This document shows, piece after piece, positions 9,899-19,390 of a stretch of DNA of 64,000 nt; position 1 is the first letter of the stretch; every line of letters begins with the position of its first letter. Made by a program: the position numbers and the translations under genes. The notes under the pieces were generated by a model. It worked only from the letters and a program-made list of their open reading frames with translations. It did not search any database and had not been told where the DNA came from. This stretch comes from an uncultured Candidatus Saccharibacteria bacterium (GTDB lineage Bacteria > Patescibacteriota > Minisyncoccia > Phycocordibacterales > CAIRYW01): assembly GCA_964487135.1 (NCBI GenBank), contig CAZAOU010000001.1, forward strand, positions 8,542 to 72,541, written 5' to 3'.

Positions 9899-10841
9899 GT
9901 TCATCATGTGTCTTTGCATAATGCACGCTTCCATCCTTATCTGTCAAGAAATATAAATATGGAGTCCCAGTGCTTAAGAATAAAGCCTTATAGGAAGCGT
10001 CTAAAGCATCTTCTCCAGGATTTGAAATTGGAGTTGGAGGCAAGCCTTTTCTTGTGTAAGTGTTGTAAGGGGAGTCAGTTCTTAAGTCACTAACACTTAG
10101 GGTAAAAGAATTTCCACCTCTTTCGTATACCAAAGTAGAATCTGCTTGAAGAGGCATTCCAATTTTCATTCTTTTTACAAAAATTTCAGCAACTATCTCC
10201 TTGTCTTCTTTTCCTCTAACTTCTCTTTCTACAATTGACGCTAATTTTACAACATCATTTTTTTTATCATCGGGTAATGCGTGTATAAGTTCATTTTTTG
10301 ATGCAAATGTATCGGTAAAAAGTTTTATTATGTCTTCTTCGGTTTGATTGGGTCTTATTAAATAAGTATCAGGAAAAAGATACCCTTCCATTTTTTTTGT
10401 TTTTTCTAGAAAAATTTGCTCATCAAAATAGCTAAGATTTTTATTTAAGGCGGACGCAATCTGTTTTCTAGTAAAACCCTCGGGAATTGTAATTTTGGCA
10501 CTAACAATCCCGTACTCCCCTTTTCTTAGCCTTTTAATTACAGAAAATAAGCTTTCTTTTTTAGAGAAAAGATAGGGACCTTCAACAATATGACCTCCTA
10601 GGATTTTTTCGCTTATATAAAATAAGTTTTCTGAGTAAATAAGGTTTTTTGATTTTAAAGTATTTCCAACCTCCTTTGCACTTTGACCTTTTTTTATCAC
10701 AACGGTCGTTTTTTCTGAAAATGATTTAGGAACAAAAAAGATAATACAAACAGAAAATAATATAATTAAAAAAAATAAACCTAAAAAAATTAACTTGCAA
10801 GACCACTTTTTTGGTTGCTCTAAGATAATATCTTCTTGCAT
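9867..10841 (-). CDS. mltG: endolytic murein transglycosylase MltG/YceG family
   Basis: N-terminal TM helix; YceG motifs ...YLFPDTY... and SPYNTYTRKGLPPTPISNPGEDALDA. Confidence 0.8.
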   Translation of the reverse strand: MQEDIILEQPKKWSCKLIFLGLFFLIILFSVCIIFFVPKSFSEKTTVVIKKGQSAKEVGNTLKSKNLIYSENLFYISEKILGGHIVEGPYLFSKKESLFSVIKRLRKGEYGIVSAKITIPEGFTRKQIASALNKNLSYFDEQIFLEKTKKMEGYLFPDTYLIRPNQTEEDIIKLFTDTFASKNELIHALPDDKKNDVVKLASIVEREVRGKEDKEIVAEIFVKRMKIGMPLQADSTLVYERGGNSFTLSVSDLRTDSPYNTYTRKGLPPTPISNPGEDALDASYKALFLSTGTPYLYFLTDKDGSVHYAKTHDEHVSNKRKYLQ

Positions 10842-10846
10842 ATTTT

Positions 10847-12070
10847 TTAGATAGGAAGATTTGCTGGAGGTTCAGATTTTTTAGCCTCGATTCGTCCGAT
10901 TGTTGGGGTTTTAGCTACTTCTCCTGGGAAGTGATAAATAGTTGCTAATCCTTCTGTACTCATTGTAAAGAAATGTCCTGGATTAGGCTTATGAAAGAAT
11001 TCTCTTTCTCCGTAGGCATGAATAGTGTGCTCTTTTCTTCCAAGTAATCTTTTTCCAGTAAAATCTTGCCAAGGATAATCAAAACTTGTGGCGTGATCCG
11101 CTTCAAAACTATTTAGGTTGGCTGAGTTGTATTGTCTAAATGCTCCATTTAGTCCTGCAACATTTATCTCATTAAATTTATCTAGAGGAGCAAAATACAG
11201 CGCTCTAATACCAACATCAAAAGGAATTTTAGATATGTTGTGTTGAATGGCATCAATTATTTCTCTGTCGCCTTTAGAAAGACTAAAACCCTCAAGTTTT
11301 ACATCACCAATCGCACTCGTATCTTGCCCTTTAAGTTTTTTAATTTCTTCATTTGCTGCATATGTCCAGTCTACTTTTTCAAACCAAGTTCCGGGTTTTG
11401 TTTGTTCTTTTTTATGAGCTCTAATTAATATTTGTATCCAAGCTTGCTCACCTTCTCTTAAAGATCCCAAATATTCAAGAATGGGGGTCATTGGGTCAAC
11501 TTTTAGTTCCTCGTCAGGGTCTTTGTCGAGTTTGTATTTTTCATAGGTAAGAATCGGATAATGGCTTGCTTTTGAGAGTTTAAAATTACATCCCCACAAA
11601 TCCATATTGTGATGGTTAAAATGAACTTTAGATGTGTAGTCTTCGACTTCTTTTATTTCTATATCAGGAAATTGAGCGTACAGTTGCGACACGACTAAAT
11701 GTTTCCAAAATTTCCAGCACCAAATATAAAATCTAATGTTTCCTCCGTCAGAAATTAGTTCTAGAGAAAACCATGGGCGAACTTTTCCATATAAATATCT
11801 GTTTATCCACGTGCCCTCACCTTTTGTCTGATAAAGGGAAGTCAAAAATAATTCCATTGCCAAAGGAGATTTTGGAAATATTCTAGGTAACTTTATTTCT
11901 AGTACAACTTTTTCCTGAGCATGGATAAATTGTTGTCTTCGCAAAGTTACGAATGATTCAAAAAAGAACCACGCCAAAATAATTGGTGCACAAATAATAA
12001 CAAGCACCCAAGCAAAGCCCAGACCGTTTGTAAAAACATCGTTAAAGGGACTAAAAAAACTCGCTTCCAT
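10847..12070 (-). CDS. hypothetical membrane protein
   Basis: 407 aa; N-terminal TM helix (FAWVLVIICAPIILAWFFF); no recognisable motif. Confidence 0.35.
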   Translation of the reverse strand: MEASFFSPFNDVFTNGLGFAWVLVIICAPIILAWFFFESFVTLRRQQFIHAQEKVVLEIKLPRIFPKSPLAMELFLTSLYQTKGEGTWINRYLYGKVRPWFSLELISDGGNIRFYIWCWKFWKHLVVSQLYAQFPDIEIKEVEDYTSKVHFNHHNMDLWGCNFKLSKASHYPILTYEKYKLDKDPDEELKVDPMTPILEYLGSLREGEQAWIQILIRAHKKEQTKPGTWFEKVDWTYAANEEIKKLKGQDTSAIGDVKLEGFSLSKGDREIIDAIQHNISKIPFDVGIRALYFAPLDKFNEINVAGLNGAFRQYNSANLNSFEADHATSFDYPWQDFTGKRLLGRKEHTIHAYGEREFFHKPNPGHFFTMSTEGLATIYHFPGEVAKTPTIGRIEAKKSEPPANLPI

Positions 12071-12110
12071 GAGTTAATAATAACACTTTTTAGAATTAGA
12101 AAGTAGTAAA

Positions 12111-13145
12111 TTACTTGCTAAGAGAGTATCTTCCTTCTTTATCTTTTTTGAAATGTTTAGCGTTTTGTAAATTTACTAAAATTGTATTTTCTTTCACGTA
12201 CCTTTCCTTAAGAACTTTATCTATTATTTCGTCTTTAGTAAGAGGACCGTTTTTTTCTAGTATTTTTACAATCACATCCTTTACCACGCCGTTTAGGTAG
12301 CCCCATTCTGAAAGCGCATACAAACCTCTTCCAACAAGAACAAACCTAGGATCCTTTATGAGTTCATTGTGGGTTGTAGCTATATGAGCTTTTTTACTGA
12401 AAAGTTTTTCTATTGATTTTGCTACTTCTTTGAAATGAATTGGTGAGCCGTGTTTTCTGATTGCCAAATACGCGTAGTCTCTAATACCTTTAACTGAGAC
12501 ATTTTTTGAGTGAGCAACACCCCATTCCCCAAGAGGATTTCTATTAACCTTTTTTGATATAGAAAGCCATCTTTTTAGAATTTCTTCCGTTTTGTATTCC
12601 TGATTAACATCCTCTAGATGTTTTAAGAATTTTTCAAGCATTTCTGATTCAGGCAATAATTCATCGTCAGCAAGAGATTTATAGAGTTTTTTTATTGCTT
12701 CCTCTACTTTTTTTGCGTGCGCTTCGTTTGTATGCCATCTATGCTTAAAATCATCGTCCTCTTTAAATTTTTTGAAAGGTTCTCCTACGACGAGTAAAAA
12801 GTGGATAGCATTTTGAAGGGCTTTATCTTTCGGAGCAACATGATTTAAAAAATCTTCCTCAGAAATAAAACTTCCAAGCGCATCAACAATTTTTCTTACC
12901 TCATCAAAAATCACAACAGATTCTTTGTATGTTTTTGATTTTCTAATATTTGTTATAGATGCGTTTTCAATTTGTCTGACTCGCTCTCTTGTTATTCCAT
13001 ATGTGTCACCAATACCTTCAAGAGTCATCTTTGAAGAGCTTTTTCCTAAGCCGTATCTAGAAGAAAGAATATCTCTTCCGCGTGAAGGCAGTGCCTCAAG
13101 GAGTTTTTTTACAATTATTTTTGGTTTGAAGCTAAAATTTGCCAT
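12111..13145 (-). CDS. HTH protein with a sigma-70 region-4-like motif
   Basis: LEGIGDTYGITRERVRQIENASI resembles sigma70 region 4.2; the rest is uncharacterised. Confidence 0.4.
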   Translation of the reverse strand: MANFSFKPKIIVKKLLEALPSRGRDILSSRYGLGKSSSKMTLEGIGDTYGITRERVRQIENASITNIRKSKTYKESVVIFDEVRKIVDALGSFISEEDFLNHVAPKDKALQNAIHFLLVVGEPFKKFKEDDDFKHRWHTNEAHAKKVEEAIKKLYKSLADDELLPESEMLEKFLKHLEDVNQEYKTEEILKRWLSISKKVNRNPLGEWGVAHSKNVSVKGIRDYAYLAIRKHGSPIHFKEVAKSIEKLFSKKAHIATTHNELIKDPRFVLVGRGLYALSEWGYLNGVVKDVIVKILEKNGPLTKDEIIDKVLKERYVKENTILVNLQNAKHFKKDKEGRYSLSK

Positions 13146-13215
13146 TTGAGTCGCTATTTTTCTATATTTGCGTAGTTATTTCTATCACTTTTATTAAATA
13201 AAGTCAATATCTGCT

Positions 13216-16083
13216 CTAATTTACCACAAAATTAACAATTCGTCCTTTAACCACAATGGTTTTTAGGATATTTTTACCCAATAAATACTCCCTTATAGCT
13301 GGATTTTCTGATGCAATTTTGGATACTTTTTCGTCAGGAAGTTTTGGATCAATAGAAATAGTTCCTCTAGTTTTTCCATTAACCTGAATGGCTATGGTTA
13401 CTGTGTCTTTTTTCAGTAATTTTTGGTTAACTTTTGGCCATTTTGATGAATAAATGAAGTTTTTATTTCCTAATAAATGCCATATTTCATCTGTAATATG
13501 TGGAGCGAATGGTGAAAGAAGTTGTAAAAAACTCGTAAATGATTTTTTGGAAATAGAGTTTTGTTCGTAAACTTTATTAACAAAAATCATCATACTGGAT
13601 ATTGCAGTATTAAAAGAAAAATTTTCTATATCTTCTTCAACTTTTTTAATTGTTTTATTTAATTCCACAGTTAGTTCTTCAGATTCTTTTTTTGTAATAA
13701 AGTTTTGTATGTTCCAAACTTTATCTAAAAATCTTCTAGAGCCAATCATATTGTCTGTAGACCAAGCAATACCTGAACCAAAAGGCCCCATAAACATTTC
13801 GTATACTCTGAGTGTATCTGCGCCGTATTGATTTATCACATCATCTGGATTAACGACATTTCCATATCTTTTACTCATTTTTCTACCATCCTCAGCTGCA
13901 ATTAATCCTACAGAATGAAGTCTTTCAAAAGGTTCTTTTGTGGAAACAAGTTTCTCGTCATATAAAAATTTATGCCAAAAACGAGCATATATTAAATGTC
14001 TTGTTGCGTGCTCAGCACCTCCAACATAAAGAGATACTGGCATGAATTTTTTTTCTTTTTTTGCATCTACAAAAACTTTTTTATTTTTAGGATCAATAAA
14101 TCTTAAATAATACCAGCTACTTCCTGCCCATTGTGGCATTGTGTTTGTTTCGCGTTTTGCCTTACCTTTGCATTTGGGACATTTTGTATTAACCCATTTT
14201 TGAATTGCTGCCAAAGGAGACTCCCCTGTCCCTGTCGGTTCATAGTTTTTTACTTTTGGAAGTGTAACGGGTAAATCTTTTTCAGGCACAGGCACCACTC
14301 CACACTTTTCGCAATGAATTACAGGAATCGGTTCGCCCCAGTATCTTTGCCGTGAAAATACCCAATCACGAAGTTTATAATTTGCTTTTTTCTTTGCCAG
14401 ACCTTTTTCTTCAAGCCATGAAATTATTTTTTGCCGTGCTTCTTCTGAAGTTAAGCCATTAAATTGTTCTGAATTACACAAAATTCCCTCTCCGGTAAAA
14501 GGTTTTGGATTAATATGTTGCTCCCAAATAAATTTTAGATCCTCTACGTTCAAAAAATCTTTCACTTTTTCTTTTTCTATCCAATGGATATTGTGTATTT
14601 CTTTTTCTGTCTCAGAAATTTCGTCTTGCTCGCCGTTTTGAAGTGTAAAAACCAAAGATGGAAAATGCCCGAAGCGATTTATATTTTTTAGTGGATGATA
14701 AAATTTAGAATGAACAACACCAGACAATTCTTTAGACAACTGTATATTTTTGTATCCCGTTTCTTCTTTTATTTCTCTTATTGCCGCCTCAATAGCTGAC
14801 TCACCGTCATCAATTCCACCCATTACAAAACCTTTCCAATTTGTTTTTTTCCAAGCTAGACAAAGATATTTATCTTCTGCCCAGTGTTTTACAATGGCTA
14901 CCACTGCCGGTCTTTCAACAAAAGATAATTCTTCTCTGACAGCGTCCACACCAGTTTTTTGAATAAAAAGAGGTTCAATTGAAGTCTTGAGAGGAATATT
15001 ATATTTTTTGGCCATTTCATAATCTCTTTCATCATGAGCGTCAGCAAAAACCGCTCCCGTACCGTAGTGACCAAGGACAAAATCAGAAATCCACACCGAC
15101 ATTTCTTCATTTGTTGCAGGATTAATTGCAATAACACCTTTTAGTTCAACCCCTTCTTTATTATTTTTTTCAGTTCTTTCAATTTCTGTCCTATTTTTTA
15201 TTTTTGCTAAATATTTTTCAATTTCTGATTTGTTTGAAATCTCGGACTTAGAATTTAAAATTTCTTGTATCAATGGATGTTCTGGCGCAAGAACAATAAA
15301 GGTTCCTGAAAAAATAGTATCTATTCTTGTGGTGTAAACTTTTATTTCTTTTGTTTCTGTAAATTGGTTTGGCTTTATTTTAAAAATAACTTCAGCTCCT
15401 TCGCTTTTTCCAATCCAGTTTCTCTGAGATTCTTTTATTGAATCTGACCACTTAGGAAGTAATTTTAAATCATTGAGCAATTTCTCTGCGTAGTCGGTAA
15501 TACGAAGAGTCCACTGTCGCATTGGTTTTTTTTCTACAACACTTCCACATCGTTCACATTTTCCGTCCTCTAAATCTTCATTCGCAAGACCTGTTTTGCA
15601 ACTCGGACACCAGTTTATTGGTTCATATGCTTCATATGCCAGACCTTTTTTATACATCTGCAAAAAAATCCATTGTGTCCATCTATAGTATTCTGGATCA
15701 GAGGTAACAATTTCTCTATCCCAATCATAATTAAACCCAATAATAGATAGTTGATCTCTAAATCTTTTGATATTTTTCTTTACGGAAATATCTGGATGTA
15801 TTTTATTTTTTATTGCGTAATTTTCTGCTGGTAGACCAAATGAATCAAAACCCATTGGATGCAATACATTAAAACCAGACATTTTTTTGTATCTAGAATA
15901 TATGTCAGTTGCTATATATCCTTTAGGATGACCAACGTGAAGACCTTCTCCCGAAGGATATGGGAACATATCAAGAACGTAGCAGAATTTTTTTCCTTTG
16001 GCCTCAGTGGTTTTATATATTTTTTTTCTATCCCACTCTTTTTGCCATTTTTTTTCTATTTTTTTTGGATCGTAGCGTCTCAT
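13216..16083 (-). CDS. leuS: leucyl-tRNA synthetase with an inserted Nudix hydrolase domain
   Basis: HIGH (PYPSGEGLHVGHPKGY) and KMSKS (KMSKRYGN) motifs; editing motifs TTRIDT and GTGAVFADAHDERDYEMAKKY; the inserted segment at aa ~388-515 carries a perfect Nudix box GGIDDGESAIEAAIREIKEETGY. Confidence 0.9.
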   Translation of the reverse strand: MRRYDPKKIEKKWQKEWDRKKIYKTTEAKGKKFCYVLDMFPYPSGEGLHVGHPKGYIATDIYSRYKKMSGFNVLHPMGFDSFGLPAENYAIKNKIHPDISVKKNIKRFRDQLSIIGFNYDWDREIVTSDPEYYRWTQWIFLQMYKKGLAYEAYEPINWCPSCKTGLANEDLEDGKCERCGSVVEKKPMRQWTLRITDYAEKLLNDLKLLPKWSDSIKESQRNWIGKSEGAEVIFKIKPNQFTETKEIKVYTTRIDTIFSGTFIVLAPEHPLIQEILNSKSEISNKSEIEKYLAKIKNRTEIERTEKNNKEGVELKGVIAINPATNEEMSVWISDFVLGHYGTGAVFADAHDERDYEMAKKYNIPLKTSIEPLFIQKTGVDAVREELSFVERPAVVAIVKHWAEDKYLCLAWKKTNWKGFVMGGIDDGESAIEAAIREIKEETGYKNIQLSKELSGVVHSKFYHPLKNINRFGHFPSLVFTLQNGEQDEISETEKEIHNIHWIEKEKVKDFLNVEDLKFIWEQHINPKPFTGEGILCNSEQFNGLTSEEARQKIISWLEEKGLAKKKANYKLRDWVFSRQRYWGEPIPVIHCEKCGVVPVPEKDLPVTLPKVKNYEPTGTGESPLAAIQKWVNTKCPKCKGKAKRETNTMPQWAGSSWYYLRFIDPKNKKVFVDAKKEKKFMPVSLYVGGAEHATRHLIYARFWHKFLYDEKLVSTKEPFERLHSVGLIAAEDGRKMSKRYGNVVNPDDVINQYGADTLRVYEMFMGPFGSGIAWSTDNMIGSRRFLDKVWNIQNFITKKESEELTVELNKTIKKVEEDIENFSFNTAISSMMIFVNKVYEQNSISKKSFTSFLQLLSPFAPHITDEIWHLLGNKNFIYSSKWPKVNQKLLKKDTVTIAIQVNGKTRGTISIDPKLPDEKVSKIASENPAIREYLLGKNILKTIVVKGRIVNFVVN

Positions 16084-16105
16084 TGCTTACAGTTTCTATT
16101 TAAGT

Positions 16106-16660
16106 TTAGTCTTTAAATTTTTTGATTGCTAGATAAATAAGTGACGCCAGAGCAATAGCAAGTATTACAACTTTAAGCAACTGATCTGCTAAAGACCAAA
16201 ATCTTATTGAAGCAACAACAAAAGATAAGACTCCTCCTATAGATAAAGATAGAGATAAAACCTCAACACCTTTTATAAATACTCCTGCAACGATAGAAAG
16301 CACACCCAAAACTACTAACGTTATAAATACATTTTTTTCGTATTCTTTCTGTGCTTCTTGATAGTTTTTGCTACAAGTAAAATATTCGTCACAATATCCT
16401 TTTGGAACTGATTTTTCTCCAGGTAGAGGAGCGTAAGTATTTTCATTCCAAGAACCTCCCACAGCAAGACATTGAGCTTGATCTGTTATAGCTTCTCTAA
16501 CTTGTTTGGTAGGACAAAATCTTTCATATTCAGGAGCGCTATATATCAGTGAAAGTGAGTAATTAAAGAAAAGATTTAAAACAATAACTATTCCAATAAT
16601 CAAAGACCACTTAATAGTTTTAGATTTTTTATTTTGATTATTAACTTCTATATTTTCCAT
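16106..16660 (-). CDS. hypothetical membrane protein
   Basis: 184 aa; N-terminal TM helix and two C-terminal TM helices. Confidence 0.35.
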   Translation of the reverse strand: MENIEVNNQNKKSKTIKWSLIIGIVIVLNLFFNYSLSLIYSAPEYERFCPTKQVREAITDQAQCLAVGGSWNENTYAPLPGEKSVPKGYCDEYFTCSKNYQEAQKEYEKNVFITLVVLGVLSIVAGVFIKGVEVLSLSLSIGGVLSFVVASIRFWSLADQLLKVVILAIALASLIYLAIKKFKD

Positions 16661-16683
16661 TTTTTTAAAATTAGCTAATAAAT

Positions 16684-17781
16684 TTATACTCTAAATTCAA
16701 TAACGTCACCGTCTTTAACTATATATTCCTTTCCCTCAACTCTTAATTTTCCTGTTTCTCTTGCCTTAGCAAAAGAACCTAACCCTATAAGTGTATCAGA
16801 AGCAACAACTTCGGCACGAATAAATTTTTCGCGAAAGTCAGTGTGGATCGCCGCCCCTGCAACTGGCGCAGAAGAATTCTTTTTTATAGTCCATGCACGA
16901 GTTTCTTTTTCGCCTGTTGTAAAATAAGTTTCAAGTCCCAGAAGATCATAGGCGGTTCTTATAAGGTTATTTATTCCATCATCTTTAATTCCGAGCTCGG
17001 TTCTAAAGATGTTTTTCTCTTCCCCTTCCATATCTTTTAGATCGTGTTCGATTCCTGCATCTACCAATACCCACTTAGCGTTTTCGTTTTTTAGAAATTC
17101 TTGTAGTTTTTGCCATCTTTCATCATTTAATTCATCCAAGTTTTTTGCACCACTTTTTTTGTTGAGAATATACATCAGAGGTTTTAGCGTCAGAAGATTT
17201 AAACTTTTTATTACTTCTTTTTCTTCCTCTGTTACATTTGCTTTTGATGCTAAATTTCCTTTTTCGAGTTCAATAATTATTTTTTCTAAAATACCTTTTT
17301 CAATTAGGGCGTTTTTCTCGCCTTTTTTCATTTCTCTTTCAAGAGAACCTAGCCGTTTTTTTACTGTATCCATATCTGCCAAACCAAGTTCAATATTTAT
17401 TACAGAAATATCGTGCATCGGATCAACATTTCCAGCTACATGAATTACATCTGGATCATCAAAAATTCTAACCATTTCTGCAATGGCATTTACCTCTCTA
17501 ATATGAGAAAGGAATTTGTTGCCTAGTCCTTCGCCCTCTGAAGCTCCTTTTACGAGGCCAGCAATATCAACAAATTCAACGACCGCAGGGATTGTTTTTT
17601 GAGTTTTGCTTAGTTCTGAGAGTTTCCACAGTCTTTCATCAGGTACAGGGACAACACCGACAGAAGGATCTATTGTGCAAAAAGGATAATTTTCGGCAGG
17701 AACACTTTTTTTTGTTAAAGCATTAAAGAGTGTTGATTTGCCAACATTTGGGAGTCCAACAATTCCAATTTTTATTTCCAT
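16684..17781 (-). CDS. ychF: ribosome-binding ATPase YchF (Obg family GTPase)
   Basis: G1 motif [23 protein letters not shown]; C-terminal TGS-like domain. Confidence 0.9.
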   Translation of the reverse strand: MEIKIGIVGLPNVGKSTLFNALTKKSVPAENYPFCTIDPSVGVVPVPDERLWKLSELSKTQKTIPAVVEFVDIAGLVKGASEGEGLGNKFLSHIREVNAIAEMVRIFDDPDVIHVAGNVDPMHDISVINIELGLADMDTVKKRLGSLEREMKKGEKNALIEKGILEKIIIELEKGNLASKANVTEEEKEVIKSLNLLTLKPLMYILNKKSGAKNLDELNDERWQKLQEFLKNENAKWVLVDAGIEHDLKDMEGEEKNIFRTELGIKDDGINNLIRTAYDLLGLETYFTTGEKETRAWTIKKNSSAPVAGAAIHTDFREKFIRAEVVASDTLIGLGSFAKARETGKLRVEGKEYIVKDGDVIEFRV

Positions 17782-17879
17782 GAGGTTTACAATATAGCAA
17801 ATAAGTGTTTGTATTACTAATGATTATGAAAAGAACCTTTATTTTGGTCACTTTTTTCGTCGTATGGCAAAAGAAAGAT

Positions 17880-18180
17880 GTCCAAAAAATTCCAAAGTCA
17901 AGGAGACCAAGAGTTGGAAGGCGATACATCCAGCACGCATTCCAATGCGAATCAGAGCTGGACCTTACCCAGGTCCCCTACCTCATGAAAATCTTGCGTG
18001 AGCTAGAGTCTTCTGAAGGCGAATCGTCCACAAGACTCGAGGGAGTGAGACTCATAAGGGCTAAGAACCCTCCACGCGAATGCCTCGGCATTTTCTGGAG
18101 CAGTCAGCTACCCCGACTCATGGACAAAGTCCATGAACTCAATCGACGCGGAGTCGAACTAGACTTCAAAAAATAATTTT
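17880..18180 (+). other. GC-rich structured island B, a candidate ncRNA or foreign small ORF; identity unresolved
   Basis: about 300 nt of clearly higher GC than the flanks; perfect internal hairpin catggac-aaa-gtccatg; gcgaat occurs three times; ends at an intrinsic terminator; the overlapping 123-aa ORF has no SD and an implausible composition. Confidence 0.25.
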
Positions 18181-18206
18181 AGGCCCGGTGGCCTATTTTT
18201 TATTTC
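18166..18206. terminator. bidirectional rho-independent terminator (aggcc-cggt-ggcct with T-runs on both strands)
   Basis: GC hairpin 18181-18194 followed by attttttat on the + strand; the reverse complement is followed by aaaattatttttt after the stop of the 18200 minus-strand gene. Confidence 0.5.
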
Positions 18207-18424
18207 AATAATTCCCTAAGTTCTGCTTCGTGCATCTTCATTACCTCCATCATCGCTGTCATCTGGTCTTTTCCAGCATCTGTTTTTGTTTTTACTTCGT
18301 TTGCAATTTGCATCAAAAATTCTGGCTTTTTTTCTACAATAGCCATTATTTTTTGTTTTTGATCCTCAGGAATATTTCCGAGCTTTGAGCCAATAAGTTT
18401 TTTTAAAAAAAATTCTTTAAACAT
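18200..18424 (-). CDS. hypothetical small protein
   Basis: start taken at MFKEFF to avoid overlap with the divergent mltG-like gene; no motif. Confidence 0.3.
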   Translation of the reverse strand: MFKEFFLKKLIGSKLGNIPEDQKQKIMAIVEKKPEFLMQIANEVKTKTDAGKDQMTAMMEVMKMHEAELRELLK

Positions 18425-18476
18425 AGATTGACACTTTATCAAAAAAGTGGAAAAAATCCAAAAAAATAGTATTATT

Positions 18477-19307
18477 ATGTGTGTGAAATTTAAAAAAATA
18501 CTCCTATACACCTTTCTCTTGGCGGTACTTATATTATTTTTTCTAGGTATAAATTCTGCTGTTGGATCTACCTTACTATCAAGAATAGAAACATCTTTAA
18601 ATATACTCGCTGATAAAGAATTTTATTTAGCTCTTGCAAACCCTGATGTAAAGTATGTTCGCTTTTCTGAAGGAATGCGAAAGGAGCAAATCGCAAGCAT
18701 TATTCACAAAAAATTAGCGTGGAGTGATTCTGATATTAAAGATTTTCTATCATCAGACGCATCCACACCTCTTGCAGAAGGAACTTATTTTCCTGATTCC
18801 TATGTAATACAGAAAGATATCTCTGGAGCAGATATGAGACAAAAAATGTTTGAGAGGTTTCAAGAAAAAGTGTCAGACGAATTTATTGATGAGATAACAT
18901 CCTCTCATATAAGTATGGAAAAAGTTTTAACCATTGCTTCAATAATTCAACGCGAAGCCGCGGGTAAAAATGATATGAATTTAATTTCCGGCATAATTTG
19001 GAATCGATTATTTTCTGGAATGAAGTTAGATATGGACGCCACCCTTCAATACGCAAAAGGAAGTTCCAAAAACGGTTGGTGGCCGAAAGTTGTTCCTAAA
19101 GACAAATCTATTGCTTCTCCTTACAATACTTATAAAAATAAAGGTTTGCCACCTGCACCGATTGCAAATCCGGGAATTGCAGCAATTGAGGCAGCACTAA
19201 ATCCTATTCAGACCGATTGTTTGTATTATTTTCATAAAAATAAAACGATATTTTGTTCCAAAGATTATAAGGAGCATGTTTTAAATATTGAGGAATATTT
19301 AAAATAA
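18477..19307 (+). CDS. MltG/YceG-like transglycosylase, second paralog
   Basis: N-terminal TM helix; SPYNTYKNKGLPPAPIANPGIAAIEAALNP matches the YceG C-terminal signature. Confidence 0.7.
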   Translation: MCVKFKKILLYTFLLAVLILFFLGINSAVGSTLLSRIETSLNILADKEFYLALANPDVKYVRFSEGMRKEQIASIIHKKLAWSDSDIKDFLSSDASTPLAEGTYFPDSYVIQKDISGADMRQKMFERFQEKVSDEFIDEITSSHISMEKVLTIASIIQREAAGKNDMNLISGIIWNRLFSGMKLDMDATLQYAKGSSKNGWWPKVVPKDKSIASPYNTYKNKGLPPAPIANPGIAAIEAALNPIQTDCLYYFHKNKTIFCSKDYKEHVLNIEEYLK

Positions 19308-19390
19308 CAATCTAAAACCCCTCACTAAATATGCCCTGACATATTTAGTGCGGGCTAAATTCGCAATTTTGTAGATTTTAAGATAGTATT

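Noticed and set aside
17880-18180. tmRNA hypothesis for GC-rich island B (an AUGCCGAGG-like string appears on the minus strand)
   Set aside because: No tRNA-like T-arm (GGUUCGA..CC) or CCA-proximal acceptor pairing on either strand and no plausible ANDENYALAA-type tag frame; the match is too short to be meaningful
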